64,000 nt of DNA, from the IMG/VR virus record IMGVR_UViG_3300045988_159775; one strand, given 5' to 3'. Within the stretch, counting starts at the first letter, position 1. Each line of letters starts with the position of its first letter. This DNA comes from a virus. Positions 20,184-28,815 of the stretch are shown piece after piece. The notes under the pieces were generated by a model. The model did not search any database. It was given only the letters and a program-made list of their open reading frames with translations, and had not been told where the DNA came from. Position numbers and translations under genes: made by a program.

Positions 20184-21851
20184 TTAAACAATTTCGTATC
20201 CTAACTCATTTTTGATACGGGCGATAATATTGCGTGGCAATACTCCTGAGCCCTCATACGTAGTACATGCTTTTGAGAATTCCTCATCGTACCCTTTAGC
20301 AAAGGTAGCTTGATCCAGAAGTTCTACAATAGCTGCTTTATCATTATGAGCGATTTGGTTGCTTGCTAAACGCTGCTGACCGTCCTTAGTGATATCGGAA
20401 TCTTCAGCCTTGGCAAATCCTCTTTCTACGCTCTGAACGCTACGGTGAGATTTAAAACCGGGGGCAGAAGAACCGTATTCTTCCAAACGCTCTGAAAGTT
20501 CAGAAATAGTTTCTTCCTGAGCTTTTACAATATCCAACAATTCTTCGTTTTGAGAAATGACAGAATTAACTTTATCATTAGAATTCTTAATCATAACACC
20601 CAAAGCACGGATTAATTGATGCTGGTTTGCGTACGATACTGCCATGGCTTTCTCAATACGATCGAAGCGATTAGGCTCAACGGCTTTCTTAACGGTTTTA
20701 CCAGTCTTGCGATTGAAGATTTTTCCTGAACGGTCATCTTCTTCATCTTCCGGCTCATCGTCCTCTGTTTCGTCATCTTCGCCCTTTTCCATTTTGCGTT
20801 TCTGAGCTTCGCGGTGAAGTTTTTCATCACCCTTAATACCACCAAGACGTTCTTTGGTTTTTGCTTCACGCTCTTCAACCTCCTCTTCATCTTCGTAGTC
20901 GTCATCTTCATCATCCTCCGCTTTTTTAGTTTTCTTAGCTTTGGAGATGGTTTTCTTTTCGGTACGTCCGCCGTTGGCGTCGCAATCTTCACCTTTCTGA
21001 ATGCCAGTATCTTCAACAGACTCAAATTCAAGCCCTAAAGCCTCATAAGCCTTGGAGATGTCCTCATCGGTGATCTCTTTTCTACCTTTCATATTAGCAA
21101 TTTTAGAAGTCATTAAATATATATTTTCAGCTTTCTCAATTTCTATATTTGGAACGTCCTTTAATAATTTGTAGATAAACTCACCCTTAGAAATAGTTTT
21201 GAGTTTTTTCTTCTTATCGTCAGAATCCTTTTTATTGAGTTTATCCATAAGGTTGTTTGAATCTCCTTTTCCATCGAACAAATCAACAGTTTCTTCATCA
21301 TCGTTCCAATCGTCAATCTCTCCCTTAATTATATTAGCAAAAGTTTTTGGATTTTTAGGCTGATGAGTGATTGCTACACCCGTTATGATTGCTTTAGTGA
21401 TTTTCTTGTAGTCTGGAGATTTTGGATCATTTGATTTTCTCTTTACAACTTTACCCTCAATCGAGTATCCCAAACGGCGCGTTTTTGAATCTTTTTCAAG
21501 CGTCTGTGCCAACTCCCAAATATCACGAGCAACAGCTGATGATGGGTAAAGATCGGTTTCTATGTAAAGTCCATCTTTGCGAATTTCCGCTTTGCTCGGC
21601 TCTCCGACTATGGTAGCAGGCGAACCCTTTGCTTGGTGATGCCAATTTACCATACCGCTATTAATCAACGGTTTTATGTCAAAGCCTTTTGGGTCTAAAA
21701 ATTCGCCATCGCTATCTTCATCTGAAGTGGAAGCTATCCCACCCAAACGCATAATTTCTTGACCTGTTTCTGGGTCAATAACCGATTTTTGAATGTCTAA
21801 GGGACACCAAAAGTTAAATTTTTCAATCTTACTTTTCTTTTCTTCAGCCAT
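20184..21851 (-). CDS. prohead protease fused to an acidic scaffold-like region
   Basis: The N-terminus LGGIASTSDEDSDGEFLDPKGFD...VNWHHQ resembles HK97-family prohead proteases. The central and C-terminal parts are Glu/Asp/Lys-rich coiled coil. Confidence 0.65.
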   Translation of the reverse strand: MAEEKKSKIEKFNFWCPLDIQKSVIDPETGQEIMRLGGIASTSDEDSDGEFLDPKGFDIKPLINSGMVNWHHQAKGSPATIVGEPSKAEIRKDGLYIETDLYPSSAVARDIWELAQTLEKDSKTRRLGYSIEGKVVKRKSNDPKSPDYKKITKAIITGVAITHQPKNPKTFANIIKGEIDDWNDDEETVDLFDGKGDSNNLMDKLNKKDSDDKKKKLKTISKGEFIYKLLKDVPNIEIEKAENIYLMTSKIANMKGRKEITDEDISKAYEALGLEFESVEDTGIQKGEDCDANGGRTEKKTISKAKKTKKAEDDEDDDYEDEEEVEEREAKTKERLGGIKGDEKLHREAQKRKMEKGEDDETEDDEPEDEEDDRSGKIFNRKTGKTVKKAVEPNRFDRIEKAMAVSYANQHQLIRALGVMIKNSNDKVNSVISQNEELLDIVKAQEETISELSERLEEYGSSAPGFKSHRSVQSVERGFAKAEDSDITKDGQQRLASNQIAHNDKAAIVELLDQATFAKGYDEEFSKACTTYEGSGVLPRNIIARIKNELGYEIV

Positions 21852-21859
21852 ATCCTATA

Positions 21860-21899
21860 AATAAAAAGGAATCAATAGATTTTGTACTATTGACTCCTT
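21860..21899 (-). terminator. intrinsic terminator between the lysis genes and the protease gene
   Basis: 13-bp stem AAGGAGTCAATAG/CTATTGATTCCTT with one G-U pair, followed by TTTTATTTAT on the minus strand. Confidence 0.7.
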
Positions 21900-21935
21900 A
21901 TAATTGTTTTGTTAAAAAATCGGTAATCAGCGCCT

Positions 21936-22277
21936 TTAATTTTCTGACATTGTTCTACGTATCCAACCGTAGAAAAATTTTTGGTTTGATGGTTTTCTCT
22001 CCGTTATACTTATGTAATACTTTATCTTTTCTATCCTACGAGCATTGATATAATTCTCATACAAAACTGTATCCCGATAGAAAACAAGAGAATCTTGATA
22101 AATCTTTAATTCTTTTTTAAGACTATCTATCTTTCCGTGATCTTCTACTTTAATAGTATCTCGAACGTGCACAAATACCGTATCTTTTCCCTCTACGGAT
22201 TTTTTCCGCTTTAAAGTATTTCCCGTACTACAAAAAGAAAAGGATAATGCTAAGAGCAAAAAAATCACGTTTTTCAT
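21936..22277 (-). CDS. lipoprotein, possibly a spanin-type lysis component
   Basis: Signal peptide plus lipobox-like MKNVIFLLLALSFSFCS. Its start overlaps the endolysin stop. Confidence 0.5.
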   Translation of the reverse strand: MKNVIFLLLALSFSFCSTGNTLKRKKSVEGKDTVFVHVRDTIKVEDHGKIDSLKKELKIYQDSLVFYRDTVLYENYINARRIEKIKYYISITERKPSNQKFFYGWIRRTMSEN

Positions 22278-22684
22278 ACAACTGAATTAAGTTTACTCAA
22301 AAGCGTTTCGCTCATCTTTCCCGTTTCCGGTAATCCGTGCTGGCGTTCTGAGAGCTTTATAGACATTCCTACGCCCATATTTACTCCGGTATCGTAGAAA
22401 TCCTCCGCAACCTTTTGATTCTTTATACGGTCGCCCCAAATGGGATTCCAATAGTTTTTTCGATAGAGGTCTTTTTTCAAAGTCTCTAAATCCTTATCCA
22501 CTATGACTTGACCGTTTTTCTTATTTGGTTTCGCATCTAAGATTGTCCAACCTGCCCAATTTGGATTAGCCTTTCTACTGATACCACTCCAAGTCTCTCC
22601 ACCGCTATCTTTAGGATCATTCGTCCAAATGTTCTTGCCCTCGTTCTTTTCAGTACGATCAAATGCTTTCCAAAAATCTGCCAT
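22274..22684 (-). CDS. endolysin, glycoside hydrolase family 108-like
   Basis: TEKNEGKNIWTNDPKDSGGETWSGIS matches the GH108 N-terminal EGG...DPGG.T..GI signature. 136 aa. Confidence 0.75.
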   Translation of the reverse strand: MADFWKAFDRTEKNEGKNIWTNDPKDSGGETWSGISRKANPNWAGWTILDAKPNKKNGQVIVDKDLETLKKDLYRKNYWNPIWGDRIKNQKVAEDFYDTGVNMGVGMSIKLSERQHGLPETGKMSETLLSKLNSVV

Positions 22685-22695
22685 GGTCGTACCTC

Positions 22696-23157
22696 CTATT
22701 CTAATCCAAGAATTTGTTGAGCTTTCTCTATGTCAATTTCTCCATCTGAGAATTCATTGACGTTAGCTTTCCAAGTCTCAGGCAACATATCTTCCTTGCC
22801 CAATTCTTTTGCGCGTTTTTTAATCCAGCGTTTCGTAGCAGCCGGATTCTTTGCGCGTCCAAAAGCCTGAATAGCGTTCGACAAATCTGAAGCGTTACGG
22901 ATAGGATACGAACCGTCAGGCATAGCTTCTTTCTTCTTAGCCAAATTCTTTCTTTCCTTTTCTGAAAATTCAGCCTTTTCGAACTCATCTCCAAAGATCA
23001 AATCTTCAGCCTTTCTTAGTTCTTCATCTTCTTCGTAATTAACTCCATCATCCTCTGCATTCATATTTAACCTTTTGGGTAAAACTTCGCCAAATAATTC
23101 AACTTCGGCTTTTTGTAAATCTTCTCTTTTCATAATAGTAAAATTTATGGAATTCAT
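22696..23157 (-). CDS. hypothetical protein carrying a conserved phage motif
   Basis: 153 aa. MPDGSYPIRNASDLSNAIQAFGRAKNPAATKRWIKKRAKELG is a motif I have seen in phage head-module proteins. Its function is unknown. Confidence 0.4.
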   Translation of the reverse strand: MNSINFTIMKREDLQKAEVELFGEVLPKRLNMNAEDDGVNYEEDEELRKAEDLIFGDEFEKAEFSEKERKNLAKKKEAMPDGSYPIRNASDLSNAIQAFGRAKNPAATKRWIKKRAKELGKEDMLPETWKANVNEFSDGEIDIEKAQQILGLE

Positions 23158-23162
23158 AATTG

Positions 23163-24605
23163 TTAATCAGTTTCCCATTCTATTGGTAAATCTATACCGA
23201 AAAAATCCTCCATTATTTCCTTTGTAATTTTCTTTACAGTGGAAGAATCCTTTCCTTTCTCCAATTCCTTTTTGACTAACTTCTTACCCCCCTTAACCAA
23301 TCTTATGACTTCTTTCATATTGGAAGTGGCGTTAAAAAGTTCGTGAACTAAAGCAAAATTCTCTCGCGTATCTTTCAAATATTTTGCAGGAGACATTTTT
23401 GAGGCTTTCTTAAGAATAGCAGAAAATTCTTTGGGGGTAGCGTTCCATGGAATAATAATAGCGTTTATGTTTTCGAACAATGGATCATATACATCTTCTT
23501 GTCCTTTTACCAATCCTCTATAATCTCTCAATACCGGATAACAACCCTTTAACATAGCTTCTATTATAAAGCCGTTTATATGAGTTCTACAATACTGAGC
23601 GTAATGCGCTGCCCAAGACGGATCAACGGCAAATTTACTATTGAAAAGTCGGTCATTAACTTCCTCCGAACTTATCTGCCCAAGATATTCCATACCGAAT
23701 TCCTCCGCAACGTCCCAAATCTTATCTCCTATATATTTTTCGTCAATATCTGGATCGCGTTTCCGGCTTACTTTATACGGTTCTTTGCATTTCGTAGGGG
23801 CTACCATGTACGCCTGTTCTATTCCCGAACCTGCTATTTGTACGGAATACAATTTTGAAGCGTTACTGTTTAAATGCGGCACGGCTCTGATAAGGTCGTC
23901 AACGTGCTTCATGGACTTGAATATATGAGCGGCAAAGAAATCTATCTTTCTTTTGTTCATCATCTTTATAGGCATACGCGCATTCTTTTCCAAGAATCTG
24001 GGATTGAGTAGCAAAGTACGCGGTATTCCTATTTCTTTACAGCAATGATAAGCGGCTATGTGAGCGCATTCTACAAAAAGTATCTTATCTCTTAAAGCCG
24101 TAATATTACTGGCGCGAACGTTAAAATATGCATCGTGTGCGATAAAGATTTGTTTTACTTTAGACGTTGGTAAATCGTAGAATTTCCACCAAAACGAAAA
24201 ATCACCCTTACTCCAAGCAGAGGACTTCGTAGGCATAAAGTTCCAAATTATAAGGTCAAATCTATACGCTAAATCTCTCCAGCGTTCAAGAGCATTGGGT
24301 TCAAATACTCCTATACGATTACTGGGAGGAAGAAAGAACCCATAGTAGTTATTCTTCCAATATCCCGTTGCTTCATCATATTCGTACCCTCCGTTTTGAG
24401 AATTTATCTTAAGATTATCTTGAAACTTTCCTTGTTCTAACTGCTTTATTTTATTGTCATAAGTTCTTTGAGTCGTAGAACTCGGAGTCAATTGAGCAAT
24501 GTCTACGAAATGTCCAAGGGATTTTAAAGCCTTAACCTTGGCAGTTACATGCTCTACAATCCCCCCGTATTTCGCTATTTCGAAATCTGCTATTAATATC
24601 TTCAT
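23163..24605 (-). CDS. GT-B fold glycosyltransferase (GT4-like)
   Basis: N-terminus MKILIADFEIAKYGGIVEHVTAKVKALKSLGHFV and C-terminal NGFIIEAMLKGCYPV both fit group-1 glycosyltransferases. Confidence 0.65.
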   Translation of the reverse strand: MKILIADFEIAKYGGIVEHVTAKVKALKSLGHFVDIAQLTPSSTTQRTYDNKIKQLEQGKFQDNLKINSQNGGYEYDEATGYWKNNYYGFFLPPSNRIGVFEPNALERWRDLAYRFDLIIWNFMPTKSSAWSKGDFSFWWKFYDLPTSKVKQIFIAHDAYFNVRASNITALRDKILFVECAHIAAYHCCKEIGIPRTLLLNPRFLEKNARMPIKMMNKRKIDFFAAHIFKSMKHVDDLIRAVPHLNSNASKLYSVQIAGSGIEQAYMVAPTKCKEPYKVSRKRDPDIDEKYIGDKIWDVAEEFGMEYLGQISSEEVNDRLFNSKFAVDPSWAAHYAQYCRTHINGFIIEAMLKGCYPVLRDYRGLVKGQEDVYDPLFENINAIIIPWNATPKEFSAILKKASKMSPAKYLKDTRENFALVHELFNATSNMKEVIRLVKGGKKLVKKELEKGKDSSTVKKITKEIMEDFFGIDLPIEWETD

Positions 24606-25273
24606 TTCTTCATACCTTTATACCAACCGTCTGGAATAGGATTGGTAGAGAAAATCATTTTGTTTTCAATACCATTATTAATCCATATCATACCAGAATT
24701 TGTACCATAATTAATTCGATCTTTCCTCTTTTTCCTTTTAACTCTGTATGGGAGTCTACCGTATCTCCAACCCTCTGGCATTTCTTGGCCATGAAGTAGC
24801 CATGAATTTTTCAAGCCATTAGTTATACTCTTTCTTTTTGATATAGTAGCGGATAATTTATTTCTCCTTTGTTCATCCCATTTAACTCCCTTGTGACACA
24901 GCGAAACGGCTAATTTTGTTTTCTTGCTTATTTTTCTACCCATTGCTGATTCACTTATTTTCTTTCTAACTTCTGGCAAGGAAGATGGGTTTACTTGACC
25001 AAAACCATTAGCAGAACCGGGAAGTATGTTGTATCCAATTCTGGGGTTGGTAGCTCGTAACTTTTTTATGAATACCATTTCCCAAACATCAAGTAACTTT
25101 TGGTTATCGCATTCCTTTAGCGTCTCTCTTTTGAAATTTTCTCTACCATACTTCTTGATAGCATCTGTTATCTTTGTACCACTACCAAGATAATGTAGGT
25201 CTTTAGATATTGTTTGACCCACATAGATTTTACCATTAATTATACAAGTAGTTTTATAAATTATCCCATACAT
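24602..25273 (-). CDS. GIY-YIG homing endonuclease (free-standing)
   Basis: YGIIYKTTCIINGKIYVGQT is a GIY-x10-YVG motif, followed by basic NUMOD-like repeats. The first ATG is at 25273; the track start at 25279 is TTG. Its stop overlaps the glycosyltransferase ATG (ATGA at 24602-24605). Confidence 0.8.
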   Translation of the reverse strand: MYGIIYKTTCIINGKIYVGQTISKDLHYLGSGTKITDAIKKYGRENFKRETLKECDNQKLLDVWEMVFIKKLRATNPRIGYNILPGSANGFGQVNPSSLPEVRKKISESAMGRKISKKTKLAVSLCHKGVKWDEQRRNKLSATISKRKSITNGLKNSWLLHGQEMPEGWRYGRLPYRVKRKKRKDRINYGTNSGMIWINNGIENKMIFSTNPIPDGWYKGMKK

Positions 25274-25275
25274 AT

Positions 25276-25965
25276 TCAAAACGGCAAATCGCTATCTTTT
25301 CTACACCAAATTTCTTCCGGCAAATTCTTTTTAATATATCCATTTTCATAGAATAAAAGTCCCGATTGAGATTTGTAAAACTTAGAAGCAAGTTTCCATT
25401 TAATATCCGCAAATTCCTCTACCGGAACTGAAGATTTAAGATACCATTCTTTTTTCTGTTCTTCAACTTGTGCTTGAGAACGTCTTTTGTATGAGTGAGG
25501 AAATTCCCGATAATATTCCATGTAAGAAAAACCTTGTTGTAAGGTTTCACGGACGAAGAAATGAAACGGGTGTCCAACTCCCCAAGGGGCTAATACCCGA
25601 TAAAATTTATTTTTTATCAAAAAATTCCTTACCCATTCAACCAAAGCGGTTTCTATCTCATTCAGCGTATCTCTACCAAAGTACTCATTAAGGTATTTAT
25701 AAGCATTTTCCAAAGTGATTCCTTTCGGATAATCCTTATTATACCCATAATAGCTTTCATCCTTAAAATCAAGCTCCAAATGATAATACGGTATATTTAA
25801 GAATTCGAATAGTTTCTCATCTTCCTTAACCCTCTTTTCATCGTTCTCTACCGTGAGTACTTGAACTTCGTACTCCGGTAGCAAAAGAACGTGAGAGCAA
25901 GAAAATAACGCATCATCTGAGTGTGGAGCAATGATAAGATATTTTCTTTTTACTTCTTTTCCCAT
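25276..25965 (-). CDS. PIG-L / LmbE family N-acetylglucosaminyl deacetylase
   Basis: LIIAPHSDDALFS resembles the AHPDDE signature, and GHPFH supplies a second metal motif. 229 aa. Confidence 0.7.
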   Translation of the reverse strand: MGKEVKRKYLIIAPHSDDALFSCSHVLLLPEYEVQVLTVENDEKRVKEDEKLFEFLNIPYYHLELDFKDESYYGYNKDYPKGITLENAYKYLNEYFGRDTLNEIETALVEWVRNFLIKNKFYRVLAPWGVGHPFHFFVRETLQQGFSYMEYYREFPHSYKRRSQAQVEEQKKEWYLKSSVPVEEFADIKWKLASKFYKSQSGLLFYENGYIKKNLPEEIWCRKDSDLPF

Positions 25966-26906
25966 TTTCGTCTTACAATAATAGGAGACAAAAAGCCGTC
26001 TTTGTGCACACTTTGCGCTAACTTCTTTATGTCTGGAGTTATCTTAGGTAGAGTTTCCTGACCAGAACTGTCTGGAAGAAAACCGACTCTCATGCTTATA
26101 TTCGTGCATCCGCTACAAGGACGAAAATCACGGCTATAATTATACAACATAATTCGCGCTGCTACGAAACGTTCATGATTCCAAAGGTCTACAATACCCA
26201 TGTCGTTTATATTAGCAATAGGATATTCACCGCGAAAATCATCACAACACAGCGATACGTTTCCATCATACCGGAAAGCAAGCTCACGGAAAGGCATTGC
26301 ACAACGCTTATTATTGTAAGACTCGTCAAGTGGTGCTGCTGCTCCACAATGATTAGCTAATTTACGAGTTATTTTGTTATCTTCTTTTATCGGAGGTAGT
26401 AGAAGTATTCTTGACTTCTTGTTGCTGGTATAAAGCGGAACGCCCTTAGTGTAAAGTTCTACGTTCCATTTACCGTCTTTTAGTTTATTTACAAAATTCC
26501 AATCTCCCTCATCCGTATAACAATCTACAATGAGATTATTTATTCCTGCATCAAAAAGATCAGCTACATACTTATCCGCGTTCTTCGCCTTATTAGCCGC
26601 ATATCCATTTGTATACATATGAAATATTGAATCCGGAAGATACGAACGGAATATTTTCACTATTTCAAAAAGGTCGGCATTCAAAGTCGGTTCACCGTGC
26701 TGAGCAAATACGATCTTACTGCGCCATCCGGCTTTTGCTATTTCACTTGCTATTCGTTTTGCGGTTTTGATACTCATAAAATTCCAAGGTTTCGTACCCT
26801 TTTCACGCATACCTCTTAATCCACAAAACGAACATCCCAAATTACACCCCTCAGTAGGCTCTACTAAAACCGTAAAGGGCGCTTGTTGTACAATTTTCTT
26901 TTTCAT
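25950..26906 (-). CDS. radical SAM enzyme with SPASM/twitch-like C-terminal Cys cluster
   Basis: CNLGCSFC is CX3CX2C, at aa 21-28. The C-terminus has CAMPF...GNVSLCCDDF...CSGC. Confidence 0.85.
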   Translation of the reverse strand: MKKKIVQQAPFTVLVEPTEGCNLGCSFCGLRGMREKGTKPWNFMSIKTAKRIASEIAKAGWRSKIVFAQHGEPTLNADLFEIVKIFRSYLPDSIFHMYTNGYAANKAKNADKYVADLFDAGINNLIVDCYTDEGDWNFVNKLKDGKWNVELYTKGVPLYTSNKKSRILLLPPIKEDNKITRKLANHCGAAAPLDESYNNKRCAMPFRELAFRYDGNVSLCCDDFRGEYPIANINDMGIVDLWNHERFVAARIMLYNYSRDFRPCSGCTNISMRVGFLPDSSGQETLPKITPDIKKLAQSVHKDGFLSPIIVRRKWEKK

Positions 26907-26919
26907 TTTCTATTTTAAT

Positions 26920-27156
26920 TCAAGAACGTAAAATTTTATCTCTTTCCTCAGCGGTGCACTCACGACAACTTCCATCCGTCTTTTTTATCAAAAGAAACAT
27001 TGGCAATCCGTAGTTTCCATCTCCCAAATTATTAGGATAATATTGAAATGCATAGCAACCGTTCCACTCCGTAAAATATTTATTGAAATACTTTTTAGGA
27101 TTCTTTTTCTCAAATGCTATTTTTTGAGCTTCTTCTAAAGTGATTCCTTTCTTCAT
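26920..27156 (-). CDS. small hypothetical protein, possibly an immunity or partner protein for the upstream toxin domain
   Basis: 78-aa ORF. Its start overlaps the stop of the toxin-domain ORF. Confidence 0.35.
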   Translation of the reverse strand: MKKGITLEEAQKIAFEKKNPKKYFNKYFTEWNGCYAFQYYPNNLGDGNYGLPMFLLIKKTDGSCRECTAEERDKILRS

Positions 27157-27830
27157 AACTTAACTTCTTTTACCAATTCTTTTACAATATCCGCTTTAAT
27201 CGGAAGATTATCTACACGCATAAACTCTAATGGGACTTTAGCACTCATTCTTAATACACTAACTATGTCCGTACTAAAATCTTTTTCCAAACCGCTTTGA
27301 GGATCATAAAACCTTAACTTTCCACTTGGTAATTTTTCCATGGTAATAATATGACTACCTCTATCTGAATCGCATTCCCAACGGTATGCTAATTGATATC
27401 TACCGACATCAGCCGCGCGTTTAAAATAATTCAAAAAAATCGCCTTTAATTTATTCTTGCTTTTTATACCGGCAAAATACAATCCCTCTGGTTTATCGCC
27501 TGTATCTGGATTAGTATCATAGGAAAGTTTGGGATCAAATGCGAGTTTATCTTGAAATTCGTTCATTCGGGGTAAGGACATTACATCAAAACCTCTACGC
27601 CTCAATTCGTAAGTGACTACGCAAGTTTGACAATTTATTTGCCATTCCTTTCCTAATTTGAAATAGGGGTTAACTCTTCCCTCATTAGCTTCTTTGAAAG
27701 ACATAGGTTTGCCGACTTTCACTCCAAGTTCTTTTTCTATATCTTCCAAATTTTTGGAGATCGCATCGGTTTTCTTCTTTGGTATTCCTCTCCAATCGAA
27801 TTTACCGGGACGGTATTCTGTCCAAACCCA
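27153..27830 (-). CDS. papain-fold toxin-like domain (Cys-His-Asp; glutamine-deamidase/Tox-PL-like); probably the C-terminal part of the MuF protein
   Basis: NCQTCVVTYELRRRGFDV supplies the Cys, and GSHIITME...FYDPQSG the His and Asp. The frame is open from 27830 and encodes WVWTEYRPGKFDWR, which continues the module begun in the MuF frame. The only start in this frame is TTG at 27749. Confidence 0.55.
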   Translation of the reverse strand, partial: WVWTEYRPGKFDWRGIPKKKTDAISKNLEDIEKELGVKVGKPMSFKEANEGRVNPYFKLGKEWQINCQTCVVTYELRRRGFDVMSLPRMNEFQDKLAFDPKLSYDTNPDTGDKPEGLYFAGIKSKNKLKAIFLNYFKRAADVGRYQLAYRWECDSDRGSHIITMEKLPSGKLRFYDPQSGLEKDFSTDIVSVLRMSAKVPLEFMRVDNLPIKADIVKELVKEVKL

Positions 27831-28815
27831 TTTTTCCGTTGGGGTGAAGATCGCCTACTTCATGAGCTTTCTCAAGGTCGTTATCTTCAGATTTACTTAT
27901 CTTTATATCAAGTTTGACACCTTTGAGTTTCTCTGACTTCCTTTTCAAAGGAGTTGTGAACGCTCTTAATTCCGGATTCCAGCCGAATCCCGGCTTTTTC
28001 CGATTAATCGTACAACGACAATAGGGGTGTATAGGGGAAATCGTAGCTTTCCAATCAGCTACCTTGCGGTAGATGTTATTTCCATTTGCTATAATATCCT
28101 TTAATTTAAAAACAATAGGTTCGCTGTTAACGTCCTTTGGATTTGTGAGTAGAAGTTCTTTACAGTGTATACAAGCACCCGGATAAACGTCAAAATAAAC
28201 TTCAACGTCTTCTCCGTAATTTTTCAAAATGCTTTGTGCTCTACCGCTATTGAATGCCTCATGAGTAAGATAGTATGCAATGCGCAACCAATCTACTTCC
28301 CAATCCTTTGAAGTTTCCGCAAATTCCGCTGCTAAATTCCTTGCTCCATAACGAAGTTCTTGAGCCTTAATAGTCTTTTGACGAATCATACGCCTGACCA
28401 TAACGGCTTGTTCTTGGTTATTCTTTAGGATATTGTTAGACACAGCCGTTCTCATACGGTTTCCCAAACTGGTAATGTCCGTGTATGCCCGATTCTTTAC
28501 CGTTTGTAACGCAAATTCTTCTTCTTCGGTTAAAGGTATGAATTTCCCTGATTCAAGAAATTTCTTAAATTGAGAATATTTCATTTTTTGGGCTCTCTTA
28601 TCGCCAACGGCTTCGGCTAATATACCAAAAAGAAATGCATGCTCAACTATACCCTTTTTGTTCTTGAATTTATCAAGATCAACTCCTGCGGCTATTAGTA
28701 TATCCTTATCCGTTTGAGATAAGAAATCTAAACCTAATTGTCCGGCTATAAATACTAACTCATAACGCTTTAGTATAGCCAACATATCAAGTATTTGCCC
28801 TTGAGTAAATATCAT
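27802..28815 (-). CDS. MuF / SPP1 gp7-like head morphogenesis protein
   Basis: SPIHPYCRCTINRK matches the H..CRC signature of the gp7/MuF family. 337 aa, ending GDLHPNGKMGLDRIPSR after an A5 run. Confidence 0.7.
   Translation of the reverse strand: MIFTQGQILDMLAILKRYELVFIAGQLGLDFLSQTDKDILIAAGVDLDKFKNKKGIVEHAFLFGILAEAVGDKRAQKMKYSQFKKFLESGKFIPLTEEEEFALQTVKNRAYTDITSLGNRMRTAVSNNILKNNQEQAVMVRRMIRQKTIKAQELRYGARNLAAEFAETSKDWEVDWLRIAYYLTHEAFNSGRAQSILKNYGEDVEVYFDVYPGACIHCKELLLTNPKDVNSEPIVFKLKDIIANGNNIYRKVADWKATISPIHPYCRCTINRKKPGFGWNPELRAFTTPLKRKSEKLKGVKLDIKISKSEDNDLEKAHEVGDLHPNGKMGLDRIPSR

Noticed and set aside
20612-21031. Minus-strand alternative-frame ORFs nested in longer genes: 20612-21031, 22728-22994, 33592-33822, 36960-37181, 42650-42958, 51222-51440, 52175-52441, 57632-57895 and 63245-63436.
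   Set aside because: They are Lys/Arg-rich or otherwise biased frames produced by reading Glu/Asp/Lys-rich coding regions out of frame. The overlapping main frames carry the real motifs (protease-scaffold, portal, dUTPase, methyltransferase and others).
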